A stretch of 64,000 nt of DNA from the NCBI GenBank assembly GCA_002269645.1, contig NIVC01000850.1, positions 310,001 to 374,000 of the forward strand, read 5' to 3'. The stretch is from Macrostomum lignano (Eukaryota). Position 1 is the stretch's first letter, and each line of letters begins with the position of its first letter. Shown here one piece after another: positions 10,986 to 25,755 of the stretch. The notes under the pieces are model-generated. The model was not told where the DNA came from. It ran no database searches and saw nothing but the letters and a program-made list of their open reading frames with translations. A program made the position numbers and the translations under genes.

Positions 10986-13370
10986 CAAATCTCATTATCC
11001 CATTCCCGAATCCCATCATCCCATTCCCATATCTCATTATCCCATTCCTAAATACCATTATCCCATTCCCAAATCCCATTATCCCATTCCCAAATCCCAT
11101 TATCCCATTCTCAAATCCCATTATCCCATTCCTGAATACCATTATCCCATTCCTAAACACCATTATCCCATTCCTTAGTTCTATTTTCCCATTCCCAAAT
11201 CCCATTATCCCATTCCCAAATCCCATTATCCCATTCTCAAATCCCATTATCCCATTCCTAAATACCATTATCCCATTCCTAAACACCATTATCCCATTCC
11301 TTAGTTCTATTTTCCCATTCCTAAATCCCATAAACACATCCCTATAGTTTCGTTTTCTCTTCCGTAGTTCATTTTGACTGACAAGGTTGTTTAACGCAAT
11401 TATTATTTCGTAATGAAAACTCAATAATGTTTCGTTAAAGCTTTTACATGCGATTACTGGCATTTGTAATGCTTTAATTTAGTCTGAAACGAGATTTAAT
11501 ACAGCTCGATGCATATTACCCTCATTGCGGATCCGTTTTTGTCGATGAGAAAATTGATTTTGGAAAAAATATTTTGCATTTTTTCCTTTTATCGGCACAT
11601 TCTACTACATATTTCGCTATTCCTACTTGCAGTAGACTGTTTAGAAGATAGCAGAATATTGATCTCAAACTACTGCCGAATTGCCAAATTTGCAACTACG
11701 GCTCAATGGAGATGGTATCGGCTTTTTTAATATTGCCAAGATAAAAGTTGCAGGGCTGAGATTATAAAAATAGGATTGAGATTAGGCATAGTCGAGATGA
11801 GATACGGATAAGATTGTATATTATACACTGGTGAGATTAGACACGATTGAGAATAGGCACTACTGAGATTAGACACTGTAGAGATTGCGCAAAAGTGAGA
11901 TTAGATACTGGAGAGATGAGACACAGGTGAGATGAGAGCAAACTGAGATTAGACACTGGAGAGATTTGACACGAGTGAGATTAGACACTGGAGAGATTAG
12001 ACACACAGGTGAGATTAGACACTGTAGAGATTAGGCAAAAGTGAGATTAGACCCTAGAGAGATTTGACACGAGTGAGATTAGACACAAGTGAGATTAGAC
12101 ACAAGTGAGATTAGACACTAGAGGTTAGAAACGAGTGATACAAGACAAAGCTGAGATGAGACGGGGCCAAGATTGATAAGAATATTAGTTATGCGTATGC
12201 TAAGATTCAGTTGAGAATTGGGATTACAGCATTGGGTTTAGCATATAAGTCGCAGTGCTTGTGTAGTTAAGGGCGGTTATAATTAATGCAAACAATTCCT
12301 TGAGCAGAGAGCAGAGCATAAATTAATAAATGAAGCAACTCCGACACTCTGAAAGAGTGAATAAAATCCAACTGGTTGCGCAATGGCCAAATTTGCGATG
12401 CTCGTGAAGGCAGGGGGGGAGAGAGAAATAGTCAATTTAATACCAGTAGAATTATATTGCTAGAAACTCTTGTGCTACAGTTGAACTTACGGATGCAGAT
12501 CGATGCTTTTTGTCAATAGATTTCTTACTGCAGTACGTCTGCGATCTGTAGCGTGTAACCACGATGTGTAAGCATAGTGTGCTTTGGGCAATATTGGTAA
12601 TCAGTTGATCCCTTATTGCTAGCGGGTCAAAATGCTAACTTGCAAGGGGAACTGATGTCTGGATGGGATTAGTTGGTGAAAATTTGCATGCAAGGCTTGT
12701 AGCTTTTATCTGGGATCCTGCTTGTAGATTGCTTCTTACGGCTACATGACTGGAGTGCCCAGTTTAAATGACTGGAGTGCCCAGTCTAAATGACTGGAGT
12801 GCCCAGACAAAATAACTGGAGTGCCCAGACTGAATGACTGGAGTGCCCAGTTTAAATGAATGGAGTGCCCAGTTTAAATGACTGGAGTGCCCAGACAAAA
12901 TAACTGGAGTGCCCAGACAAAATAACTGGAGTGCCCAGTCTAAATGACTGGATCAGTGCCCAGTCTAAATGACTGGAGTGCCCAGTCTAAATGACTGGAG
13001 TGCCCAGTCTAAATGACTGGAGTGCCCAGACAAAATAACGAGTGCTCAGACTGAATGACTGGAGTGCCCAGTCTAAATGACTGGAGTGCCCAGCCTAAAT
13101 GACTGGAGTGCCCAGTCTAAATGACTGGAGTGCCCAGTTTAAATGACTGGATCAGTGCCCAGTCTAAATGACTGGAGTGCCCAGTCTAAATGATTGGAGT
13201 GCCCAAACTGAATGATTGGAGTGCCCAGTCTAAATGATGTTAAAAAGTTTTTTTTTAAATGTTATTTCTCTGTTCAGATTATTTATTTTGAGAAGGAGAA
13301 AGGGGGAGAGGGGAGAGAGGGAGAGGGAGAGAGAGAGGGAGAGGGAGAGAGGAAGAAGGAGAGAGGAAGA

Positions 13371-13423
<53 letters not shown>

Positions 13424-13428
13424 GAAGA

Positions 13429-13488
<60 letters not shown>

Positions 13489-13490
13489 GA

Positions 13491-13568
<78 letters not shown>

Positions 13569-15930
13569 AGGAGAGAGAGGGAGAGAGGGAGATGGGAGAG
13601 AAAGGAGAGCAGGGATATAGATGAGGCAGATTCAGTAGTGGCAGTAGTTCAGAGTATTTCTAAAATTATCGCAGCCTCAAAGTGGATTTTGCTGGCCAAA
13701 ACGGTGAATGCTCAGCACCAGGTGACCGAGTCGCAAATCGGCTTAGCTTCTAAACTAATCTTGCACCTATGCTCATCTGTCACTCGCAGACGGATTTGTG
13801 AAATACCTGAAACTTATAATTCATAATTTTTCTTTGCTGTCAGTGTGTTACAGAATCTAATAAATCATAGTAAATTTTTCTCGTTGAAAAACAGTAGTGG
13901 CTAATTAAACAGAGTTCCCTGAAATAATTTCAAATCCGAAGCTACAAAAAATTGATAAAAGAATAATTTTTCCCACCAGCTACATAGTCGCTGGACTTTT
14001 CTGTGTGTTGGTGGACAGTTGATTAAACACTTAATTCAGTTGCCTGCAGGTAAACTTATGACTGAATGAGTATTCAATAAAAGTTTATCTTGTCTCTCTC
14101 TCTCTCTCTCTGTGGAAATGAATTGGGTTTCAAGCTTGTAGTGTGGAGGTAGAAGTCTCTATATACATGTGTAAATATAATACTTATAATTTTAGGAAAT
14201 TGTTAAATTCAATGCGGGTAAATTAGCTGTTATTTCATTCAGTGGAGAATTTGAAGGGAGAATGGAGAGAAGGGAGAATGGAGAGAAGGGAGAGTGGAGA
14301 GAAGGGAGAAGGGAGAGAAGGGAGAAGGGAGAGAAGGGAGAAGGGAGAGAAGGGAGAAGGGAGAGAAGGGAGAAGGGAGAGAAGGGAGAATGGAGAATGG
14401 AGAGAAGGGAGAAGGGAGAGAAGGGAGAAGGGAGAAGGGAGAGAAGGGAGAAGGGAGAGAGGGGAGAAGGGAGAAGGGAGAAGGGAGAGAAGGGAGAAGG
14501 GAAGGGGAGAAGGGAGAGAAGGGAGAGTGGAGAGAAGGGAGAAGGGGAGGGGAGAAGGGAGAGAAGGGAGAAGGGAGAGAAGGGAGAAGGGAGAGAGGGG
14601 AGAAGGGAGAGAAGGGAGAGTGGAGAGAAGGGAGAAGGGAGAAGGGAGAGAAGGGAGAAGGGGAGGGGAGAAGGGAGAGAAGGGAGAGTGGAGAGAAGGG
14701 AGAAGGGAGAGAAGGGAGGAGGGATAGAAGGGAGAAGGGGAGGGGAGAAGGCAGAGGGGAGATTCGGCAGCCACAAGAGATTTAAGCATGCACTCTGCAG
14801 ATGGGATGTGTGTGCATACTCACAGACTAATTACCAATTCCCGTTGTCTTGTCTGGCGATTTTCAACTGCACTTTACTCTCCCATCAATATCTATTATTG
14901 ACAAAGTGTGTATACAGCTCGTCCAGAACAAGCTCTCACTTCTCTGCAGCTTCAGTTGGCTCCCCTAGCAGGTCTCCGCCTGTCACACCTGGCACACTTG
15001 GCTATTATTCCACACACTTATTCACACCGGCACATCTACACAGTGGGTCTCCCATATGAGGAGCGACTGCAAGAGCTGTAAGAATGTGCTTTTATTAATT
15101 CATTATGGTCATAGATGTTAAAACTGAGAATTGTATCTGGGAGAAGTCTATAAAACTGCAATTTCTATAGAAACTCCGGGAGTTGGTGGGGGCACATTGC
15201 TTGATAGGGCGGGGCAGATCTGTGATGAACTTTTGGCTGAAGCCATCTTTAACCGTGCCACTACTGACTCTGCCTCATCTCTGCTCTCCTTCCTTATTTC
15301 TTCTCTCTATTCTCGCTTCTCTCTTCCACTCGCTCCAATCCCTTCTCCTACCCCTCTCCCCTTCTCCCCTCTCTCCCTTCTCCCCTCTCTCCCTTCTCCC
15401 CTCTCCCTTCTCCCCTCTCCCTTCTCCCCTCTCTCCCTTCTCCCCTCTCTCCCTTCTCCCCTCTCTCCCTTCTCCCCTCTCTCCCTTCTCCCCTCTCTCC
15501 CTTCTCCCCTCTCTCCCTTCTCCCCTCTCTCCCTTCTCCCCTCTCTCCCTTCTCCCCTCTCTCCCTTCTCCCCTCTCTCCCTTCTCCCCTCTCCTCTCTC
15601 CCCTCTCTCCCTTCTCCCCTCTCTCCCTTCTCCCCTCTCTCCCTTCTCCCCTCTCTCCCTTCTCCCCTCTCTCCCTTCTCCCCTCTCTCCCTTCTCCCCT
15701 CTCTCCCTTCTCCCCTCTCTCCCTTCTCTCCTCTCTCCCTTCTCCCCTCTCTCCCTTCTCCCCTCTCTCCCTTCTCCCCTCTCTCCCTTCTCCCCTCTCT
15801 CCCTTCTCCTCTCTCTCCCTTCTCCCCTCTCTCCCTTCTCTCCTCTTCCCTTCTCCCCTCTCTCCCTTCTCCCCTCTCTCCCTTCTCCCCTCTCCTCTCT
15901 CCCCTCTCTCTTCTCCCTCTACTCTTTTCT
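10986..15930. repeat. Tandem segmental duplication, copy B (about 4.9 kb)
   Basis: Begins with the 21-bp CCCATT array fused directly to the CT-rich array of copy A at about 10985; ends in the CT array before unique sequence. Confidence 0.9.
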
Positions 15931-16247
15931 CTCACCCTTTGTCTTTTCTCCTATCCTTATCGCATTTTCCATCCCATTTAGCTATTTCAATTTATTTCTC
16001 ATTTTTTCTCACCGAGAAACCGCAGCGGTGCAGATTCAATATCAATATTGAAGAATTCTGAGCTCGATTTCAATAATCCACACAGAATTAGCTGGGATTA
16101 CCCGACTCGAACTTGAATCGAGTACTTCTAGTCTTTAATTAAATTGTGACCGCAGAAGCGTTCGGGAAATTCTTTCGAGAAGACATACGTTATATTGCGC
16201 AGATAACACTCCGACTGCCCTTGAATCTGACCTTGGACAATAGCCTA

Positions 16248-16575
16248 CTAAATCAGTGTGTCAGTATGAGGTCATGACCCACTGAATCAGTGTGTCAGTA
16301 TGGGGTCATGACCCACTGAATCAGTGTATCAGTGTGAGGTCATGACCCACTGAATCAGTGTGTCAGTATGAGGTCATGACCTTACTGAATCAGTGTGTCA
16401 GTATGGGGTCATGACCCACTGAATCAGTGTGTCAGTATGGGATCATAACCCACAGAATCAGTGTGTCAGTATGGGGTCATGACCCACTGAATCAGTCTGT
16501 CAGTAAGGGGTCATGACCCACAGAATCAGTGTGTCAGTATGGGGTCATGACCCACTGAATCAGTGTGTCAGTACA
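16248..16575. repeat. 34-bp minisatellite (GAATCAGTGTGTCAGTATGGGGTCATGACCCACT), about 9-10 copies
   Basis: Period 34 (16284 to 16318); the consensus unit contains the 12-bp palindrome GGGTCATGACCC. Confidence 0.9.
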
Positions 16576-17279
16576 GTCTCATGTCGAGTTCAACTGAGGA
16601 CAACACACAACAAGCTTGTCACTTGAAATTTAATCCGATTATCAGCAGAAGATCCCAGATGCTCATCATGGTTCATCAGTTCTGTAAAATTTTCCAAATG
16701 ACCAAAACCTAGTCAAGCCAGAGTCTGTTTTGGCTGATCTATCGTTATTGAGCTGTGCAAACTGCAAACAGATGTCAAGCAGGGATCGGGTTAGAGTTCT
16801 GGGGGGGGGGGGCAGAAACCCCCCAGCAGTTCTGCTATGTGTTTTTTGCTGTTGAAATAATCGAATTCCACCGAGAGCTGCCCGGTCCAGTGCTTCGACT
16901 TTCTCTGGGGAGCGCAGCCTTGCCGAAAAAACCTACCGAATTTGTTGATTTTTATCCAAGCGCCGAAACCCCCGCGTGCGCTGTGTGCTCTGCTCGCTTA
17001 TAAAATTAGGCTGGGAGCTTAAACAAAAAACACAGACGCAACTAGAGCAGGTCATTTGAATCTGAGTTGTCCGTGGCGTCAGCTTCCATCATCAGCTGGC
17101 TTGGAAAACCTAATTACAAGGGGGTCGCTACACTGCTGGATAATTTTTTTACTTGGCGTTGGCGCTGGGTGCGGATGGGGTCTCGGCGTTCTCGAGTGCG
17201 GTAATTCGGGCCTGCGGTTGCCAGGTGGAGTCTGGGAGAATTCAGATGAGTGGCCAAGGTGGCGTATGGAATGTTAGAG

Positions 17280-20200
17280 AGATGCAGGGACACAGATTTA
17301 GGGACATAGATGTAGGGACACAGATTTAGGGACATAGATGTAGGGACACAGATTTAGGGACATAGATGTAGGGACACAGATTTAGGGACATAGATGTAGG
17401 GACACAGATTTAGGGACATAGATGTAGGGACATAGATGTAGGGACACAGATTTAGGGACATAGATGTAGGGACACAGATTTAGGGACATAGATGTAGGGA
17501 CACAGATTTAGGGACATAGATGTAGGGACACAGATTTAGGGACATAGATGTAGGGACACAGATTTAGGGACATAGATGTAGGGACACAGATTTAGGGACA
17601 TAGATGTAGGGACACAGATTTAGGGACATAGATGTAGGGACACAGATTTAGGGACACAGATTTAGGGACATGGATGTAGGGACACAGATTTAGGGACATA
17701 GATGTAGGGACACAGATTTAGGGACACAGATTTAGGGACATGGATGTAGGGACACAGATTTAGGGACACAGATGTAGGGACACAGATTTAGGGACATAGA
17801 TGTAGGGACACAGATTTAGGGACATAGATGTAGGGACACAGATTTAGGGACATAGATGTAGGGACACAGATTTAGGGACATAGATTTAGGGACATAGATG
17901 TAGGGACATCGATTTAGGGACACATATTTAGGGACATAGATGTAGGGACACAGATTTAGGGACATAGATGTAGGGACACAGATGTAGGGACACAGATTTA
18001 GGGACATGGATGTAGGGACACAGATTTAGGGACATAGATGTAGGGACACAGATGTAGGGACACAGATTTAGGGACATGGATGTAGGGACACAGATTTAGG
18101 GACATAGACTTAGGGACACAGATGTAGGGACATAGATTTAGGGACATAGATGTAGGGACATCGATTTAGGGACACATATTTAGGGACATAGATGTAGGGA
18201 CACAGATTTAGGGACATGGATGTAGGGACACAGATTTAGGGACACAGATTTAGGGACATAGATGTAGGGACACAGATTTAGGGACATCGATTTAGGGACA
18301 TAGACTTAGGGACACAGATGTAGGGACACAGATTTAGGGACATAGATGTAGGGACACAGATTTAGGGACACAGATTTAGGGACATAGATGTAGGGACACA
18401 GATTCAGGGACATAGATGTAGGGACACAGATGTAGGGACACAGATTTAGGGACACAGATGTAGGGACACAGATTTAGGGACATAGATGTAGGGACACAGA
18501 TTTAGGGACCTAGACTTAGGGACAGAGATGTAGAGACACAGATTTAGGGACATAGATGTAGGGACACAGATGTAGGGACACATATTTAGGGACATAGACT
18601 TAGGGACAGAGATGTAGGGACACAGATTTAGGGACATAGATGTAGGGACATAGATTTAGGGACATAGATGTAGGGACACAGATTTAGGGACATAGATGTA
18701 GGGACACAGATTTAGGGACACAGATTTAGGGACATAGATGTAGGGACACAGATTCAGGGACATAGATGTAGGGACACAGATGTAGGGACACAGATTTAGG
18801 GACACAGATGTAGGGACACAGATTTAGGGACATAGATGTAGGGACACAGATTTAGGGACCTAGACTTAGGGACAGAGATGTAGGGACACAGATTTAGGGA
18901 CATAGATGTAGGGACACAGATTTAGGGACACAGATTTAGGGACACAGATGTAGGGACACAGATTTAGGGACATAGATGTAGGGACACAGATTTAGGGACC
19001 TAGACTTAGGGACAGAGATGTAGGGACACAGATTTAGGGACATAGATGTAGGGACATAGATTTAGGGACATAGATGTAGGGACACAGATTTAGGGACATA
19101 GATGTAGGGACACAGATTTAGGGACACAGATTTAGGGACACAGATGTAGGGACACAGATTTAGGGACACAGATGTAGGGACACAGATTTAGCGACACAGA
19201 TGTAGGGACACAGATTTAGGGACACAGATGTAGGGACACAGATTTAGGGACATAGATGTAGGGACACAGATTTAGGGACCTAGACTTAGGGACAGAGATG
19301 TAGGGACACAGATTTAGGGACATAGATGTAGGGACATAGATTTAGGGACATAGATGTAGGGACACAGATTTAGGGACATAGATGTAGGGACACAGATTTA
19401 GGGACACAGATTTAGGGACATAGACTTAGGGACATAGATGTAGGGACACAGATTTAGGGACATAGATGTAGGGACACAGATTTAGGGACATAGATGTAGG
19501 GACACAGATGTAGGGACACATATTTAGGGACATAGATGTAGGGACAGAGATGTAGGGACACAGATTTAGGGACATAGATGTAGGGACATAGATTTAGGGA
19601 CATAGATGTAGGGACACAGATTTAGGGACATGGATGTAGGGACACAGATTTAGGGACACAGATTTAGGGACATAGATGTAGGGACACAGATTCAGGGACA
19701 TAGATGTAGGGACACAGATGTAGGGACACAGATTTAGGGACACAGATGTAGGGACACAGATTTAGGGACATAGATGTAGGGACACAGATTTAGGGACCTA
19801 GACTTAGGGACAGAGATGTAGGGACACAGATTTAGGGACATAGATGTAGGGACATAGATTTAGGGACATAGATGTAGGGACACAGATTTAGGGACATAGA
19901 TGTAGGGACACAGATGTAGGGACACAGATTTAGGGACACAGATGTAGGGACACAGATTTAGGGACATAGATGTAGGGACACAGATTTAGGGACCTAGACT
20001 TAGGGACAGAGATGTAGGGACACAGATTTAGGGACATAGATGTAGGGACATAGATTTAGGGACATAGATGTAGGGACACAGATTTAGGGACATAGATGTA
20101 GGGACACAGATTTAGGGACACAGATTTAGGGACACAGATGTAGGGACACAGATTTAGGGACACAGATGTAGGGACACAGATTTAGGGACACAGATGTAGG

Positions 20201-21165
20201 GACACAGATGAAGGGACACAGATGTAGGGACACAGATTTAGGGACACAGATGTAGGGACACAGATTTAGGGACACAGATGTAGGGACACAGATTTAGGGA
20301 CATAGATGTAGGGACACAGATTTAGGGACCTAGACTTAGGGACAGAGATGTAGGGACACAGATTCAGGGACATAGATGTAGGGACACAGATTTAGGGACA
20401 TAGATGTAGGGACACAGATTTAGGGACATAGATGTAGGGACACAGATTTAGGGACACAGATTTAGGGACATAGACTTAGGGACATAGATGTAGGGACACA
20501 GATTTAGGGACATAGATGTAGGGACACAGATTTAGGGACATAGATGTAGGGACACAGATGTAGGGACACATATTTAGGGACATAGACTTAGGGACAGAGA
20601 TGTAGGGACACAGATTTAGGGACATAGATGTAGGGACATAGATTTAGGGACATAGATGTAGGGACACAGATTTAGGGATATAGATGTAGGGACACATATT
20701 CAGGGACATAGATGTAGGGACACAGATGTAGGGACACAGATTTAGGGACACAGATGTAGGGACACAGATTTAGGGACACAGATTTAGGGACATAGATGTA
20801 GGGACACAGATTTAGGGACATAGACTTAGGGACAGAGATGTAGGGACACAGATTTAGGGACATAGATGTAGGGACACAGATTTAGGGACATAGACTTAGG
20901 GACAGAGATGTAGGGACACAGATTTAGGGACATAGATGTAGGGACACAGATTTAGGGACATAGATGTAGGGACACAGATGTAGGGACACAGATTTAGGGA
21001 CAGAGACGTAGGGACACAAATTTAGGGACATATATGTAGGGACACAGATTCAGGGACACAGATGTAGGGACACAGGTGTAGGGAGGGACGTAATTGTAGG
21101 AGGGACACGTGTAGGGGCTTAGATATAGGGGTATAGATGTAGGGACATAGATGTAGGGACACAGG
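17280..21165. repeat. 14-bp satellite (GATTTAGGGACATA / GATGTAGGGACACA), about 270 copies
   Basis: Direct periodicity; the rare GATTCAGGG variant recurs at exact multiples of 14 (18401, 18751, 19689, 20361). Confidence 0.95.
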
Positions 21166-21699
21166 GACACAGATGATGTAGAGACATATTAGATAGTTGC
21201 AGGGAGATCGAAATAGAGAGAGAGATATAGGGTGAGATGCAGAGAGATAGATGCAGGGACATAGATGCAAAATACAGAGATGCAAAGAGAAAAGTGTAGG
21301 GAAAGAGATATAGAGGGAGAGATGCAGGCAGGAGACACATGAATGCACAAAAGACCACACAAAAAAGTTTCTCTCCAAGATTAAATCTAATTGAATCAAT
21401 TTGAAATCCCACAGCGCCAAAAACAGCATCGCTATGCCAGCTGTCAATTTGAATATTTCGCCATCCGCACGGGTTCAAGCCGAATGTTTTTCGCAGGGCA
21501 TAAAAATTCGATTTAAAACGTTTGGATAAAAAACTAATTTGCATCTCAATTGAACATTATTATTGCCGATTTTTCAACGAATTTTTTAGTTTTTTGTGGG
21601 TGGAAAGTTTTGAACAGTTTTTGCTCCGACCGATGGAAATTGCGCGTTACCTAAAATGATTGGCTTCTCTGGTTTATGAAATTGATGTCTGGTTTGTGG

Positions 21700-22885
21700 C
21701 TTGTAATATATCTGGTTTATGATGTTTAATATTTGGTCTATAATCTTTAATATCTGGTTTATGGTCGGTAATACAGTATCTGGTTTATGATCGGTAATAC
21801 AGTATCTGGTTTATGATCGGTAATACAGTATCTGGTTTATGATCTTTGATATCTGGTTTATGATCTTTGATATCTGGTTTATGATCTTTGATATCTGGTT
21901 TATGATCTTTGATATCTGGTCTATGATCTTTGATATCTGGTTTATGATCTTTGATATCTGGTTTATGATCTTTAATATCTGGTTTATGATCTGTAATATC
22001 TGGTTTATGATCTTTGATATCTGGTATATGATCTTTAATATCTGGTTTATGATCTGTAATATCTGGTTTATGATCTTTAATATCAGGTTTATGATCTTTG
22101 ATATCTGGTTTATGATCTGTAATATCTGGTTTATGATCTTTGATATCTGGTTTATGATCTTTAATATCTGGTTTATGATCTGTAATATCAGGTTTATGAT
22201 CTGTAATATCTGATTTATGATCTTTGATATCTGGTTTATGATCTGTAATATCTGGTTTATGATCTTTGATATCTGGTATATGATCTTTAATATCTGGTTT
22301 ATGATCTGTAATATCTGGTTTATGATCTGTAATATCTGGTTTATGATCTTTGATATCTGGTTTATGATCTGTAATATCTGGTTTATGATCTTTAATATCA
22401 GGTTTATGATCTGTAATATCTGGTTTATGATCTTTAATATCTGGTTTAGGATCTTTGATATCTGGTTTATGATCTTTGATATCTGGTTTATGAACTGTAA
22501 TATCAGGTTTATGATCTGTAATATCTGATTTATGATCTTTGATATCTGGTTTATGATCTTTAATATCAGGTTTATGATCTGTAATATCTGGTTTATGATC
22601 TTTAATATCTGGTTTATGATCTTTGATATCTGGTTTATGATCTTTAATATCTGGTTTATGATCTGTAATATCAGGTTTATGATCTGTAATATCTGATTTA
22701 TGATCTTTGATATCTGGTTTATGATCTGTAATATCTGGTTTATGATCTTTGATATCTGGTATATGATCTTTAATATCTGGTTTATGATCTGTAATATCTG
22801 GTTTATGATCTGTAATATCTGGTTTATGATCTGTAATATCTGGTTTATGATCTTTGATATCTGGTTTATGATCTTTAACATCTAG
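21700..22885. repeat. 21-bp minisatellite (TCTGGTTTATGATCTTTGATA)
   Basis: Direct periodicity; source of the IFDIWFM and KIINQI ORFs. Confidence 0.95.
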
Positions 22886-23099
22886 ATAAATTAACTATTC
22901 GTTAGTAATCAAAAACTAGATAATTCCTAACAAAACTTTAACAAATTATTTTCTTTATTTCAGCACAAAGTTTTCCGGCACAGCATATCGCAGAGCTTCA
23001 TCAAGATCTGTCTCACAATTGGACCTGTTATTTCGGAGTATTAAACGTTGTGGAATAGGGCATGTGCCTGTCTGTCACCTTTTTCACCTGTCATTTAAG

Positions 23100-23131
23100 A
23101 CTGACAGATAGAACGGAGAGAGAGAGAGAGT

Positions 23132-23179
<48 letters not shown>

Positions 23180-23185
23180 GAGCTG
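23100..23185. repeat. (GA)n microsatellite
   Basis: Direct. Confidence 0.9.
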
Positions 23186-24347
23186 AGGGATGGGCGGGTG
23201 GGAGTGGAACAGAATTCCCTAATGGCGAAAATCCTCTAAATGCAATATCCTCATCATCCTTAAACGAGATCTATTGGGATTTGAGAGGTCAGAGGTCAGG
23301 ATAAATTAATTAAAATGGCACTTGACGTTTTTGGCAGAAATTCCATCAGCAGTTAATTCTTTGCAGGCTTGCAAATAGATTAAAAAGTAAATAATTTACT
23401 AATTATCTGCCACCATTTTTCATTCGTTTTAGATTATTCACCCATCATAAAACTATTTTTTCGATACATATCGGCAAATTAAATTTGTCTTGATTTAGCT
23501 ATCCAGATATTACAGATCATTAGAGATATTCACACCATACACAGAATAACACATGATTTCTAAAGTTGATGTCGATACATATCGGCTCAGTGTTTTTGCC
23601 TAATTAGATTGAATGAATCAACGGTAATATTCACTCTGGATAATTCATGATTTGCAAATTATATTTTCGATACATATCGGACAATGACATTCTCCTTCAA
23701 TTGCAGCGATGCATTTTATCGCCCGCGCTCATTTTAACAACTCCCCCAAGCACGCGGGAATAAGTTCCTCCCTCCGATTGTCGCGTGAGCTCTCATCAGA
23801 AGGCACCGCCACTCAGTGTCCAGCTTCCCGTAGTGATCCTCATCGCCCCCCCCTTCCCCAGCTTCATCGCGAGCGCGCGTCACCTTTACTCATCAATCCT
23901 TGTGGGATGCTTGATATAATTTAGCTTAGCTGGAAGAAAAAGCTTTCAAAAATATCTATCTAGATATTTACTCCACCCCCACACAGGCCTCAGAGCGTGG
24001 CCCGCTCTGCTCATTAATAATTAATCAGCCTCTGCCATGCTGGGTGGAGGGAGTGGGTTAAACAGCGAATCCCCCGCCCCACTACCCTAACAACAGTTAT
24101 CCCACCCTTAGACTGGGATGCAATCAAGCGATGGGGGGCCCGGGATGCACGAGGACTCACAGATGAAGCTTGCCTACTGGTATTCAATTTGCAGCTGGGA
24201 AGAGACCTGTCCGCCTTAATGATAGCTGATGCCTGCATCACCTGCCGACTCCGATATGCATCTATTGGTGCCAATTAACTTGGAATTATAAATTGATCTT
24301 GGCAACGTTTAGAAGTGGTCAGTTGCAATCTGGAAATTTTTAGTGCT

Positions 24348-24632
24348 TTAGGGATTAGGGATTAAGGATTAGGAATTAGGGAAAAGGTATTAGGGTTAGG
24401 GGTTAAGGATTAAGGAATAGGGATTAGGAATTAGGAATTAGGGATTAGGGATTATGAATTAAGGATTAGGGTTAGGGATTAAGGATTTAGGGTTAGGGAT
24501 TAGAGATTAGGGGTTAAGGATTAGGCAGTGAATATTAAGGATAAGGGATTAGGGATTAGGGATTAAGGATTAGGGATTAGGGATTAAGGGTGGGTGATTA
24601 GGGGTTAGGAATTAGGGATTAGGGATTAAGGA
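24348..24632. repeat. Degenerate telomere-like 6-7-bp repeat (TTAGGG / TTAGGGA / TTAAGGA)
   Basis: Runs such as GGGATTAGGGATTAAGGATTAGG and TAGGGTTAGGG. Confidence 0.85.
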
Positions 24633-25369
24633 TTATTGATAGGAAATTCACGGATGCGAGTCTGTGAAGAAGGAGTGCTATTTCTCGCAATGGCAATTCA
24701 CGGGGAATTCCGAAATTCGGTGAGAAATATTCTGTTGAATGCAAAGCGGTTGTCCAGACCGACCGACCCGGTTAACCGACTCACTGACAGCGTATTTTGT
24801 TGATGACGGGGAATCTTCGTGATGATGATGGAGAAACTCCAGATTCAGAAGTTAAGGCACAGGGGTCCTCTCTTGGAGAGCTCCCAGAGGGATCAGTTCT
24901 CGGTTATAGTTTCACCTCCCGGAGGTCAACCGGGTCAACTCCTCTACAGAGTTTATCCCCACTTCAAGCTGCATCCATCAAACTCCGAAACGCGGAGCCT
25001 CCATCACGCTGAATAAGTCTCTTAAAAACCGGCTTAACCAGGGCGAGAGACTCTGACGTAATACTTTCCAGTGCAGTGTTTTTGCATTTGGGGACAGATA
25101 TTTTCCCATGAAAGCTGCGGAATGCCAGCTGAGACGATTATTGGTGAGGCAACAGCAACGACAGGAGCTGATGTAACAGTCTGGGTTACAACCGCAGCTC
25201 CATGTCCTCTCTCAGGGGACAGAAATGACTAAGTTGAAAGATTAGTGGAACAGGGAACCAAACTCATCTTCTCAATTGCAACTGCTCAAAAACCTTTCAG
25301 TTTGTATTTGCTGATGTCATTTTTTAATTTATTGACAATAATTGACATTATTTTGTTATGATCAAGACA

Positions 25370-25755
25370 ATTGATCATACAAATGATCATACAAATGGTC
25401 ATACAAATGGTCATTCCAGTTATCATACAAATGATCATACAAATGATCATACAAATGATCATACAAATGATCATACAAATGATCATACAAATGATCATAC
25501 AAATAATCATACAAATGATCATACAAGTGATCATACAGACGATCATACAAATGATCATACAAATGATCATACAAGTGATCATACAGACGATCATACAAAT
25601 GATCATACAAATGATCATACAAATGATCATACAAATGATCATACAAATGATCATACAGATGATCATACAAATAATCATACAAATGATCATACTAATGATC
25701 ATACAAATGATCATACAAGGGATTACAATGAACTTACAAATGATCATACAAATGA
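25370..25755. repeat. 12-bp minisatellite (ATGATCATACAA)
   Basis: Direct periodicity; the unit contains the palindrome ATGATCAT. Confidence 0.95.

Noticed and set aside
7383-16061. Arg/Glu/Gly-rich and Ser/Pro/Leu-rich ORFs
   Set aside because: Products of GA and CT arrays; no domain content.
16248-16575. CRISPR-like palindromic 34-bp repeats
   Set aside because: Units are head-to-tail with no unique spacers, there are no cas genes, and the context is eukaryotic.
21811-22885. 356-aa KIINQI ORF and IFDIWFM ORFs
   Set aside because: The 21-bp array is a multiple of 3, so it is open by construction.
24348-24632. True telomere or chromosome end
   Set aside because: Short, degenerate, mostly 7-bp units and flanked by unique sequence on both sides.
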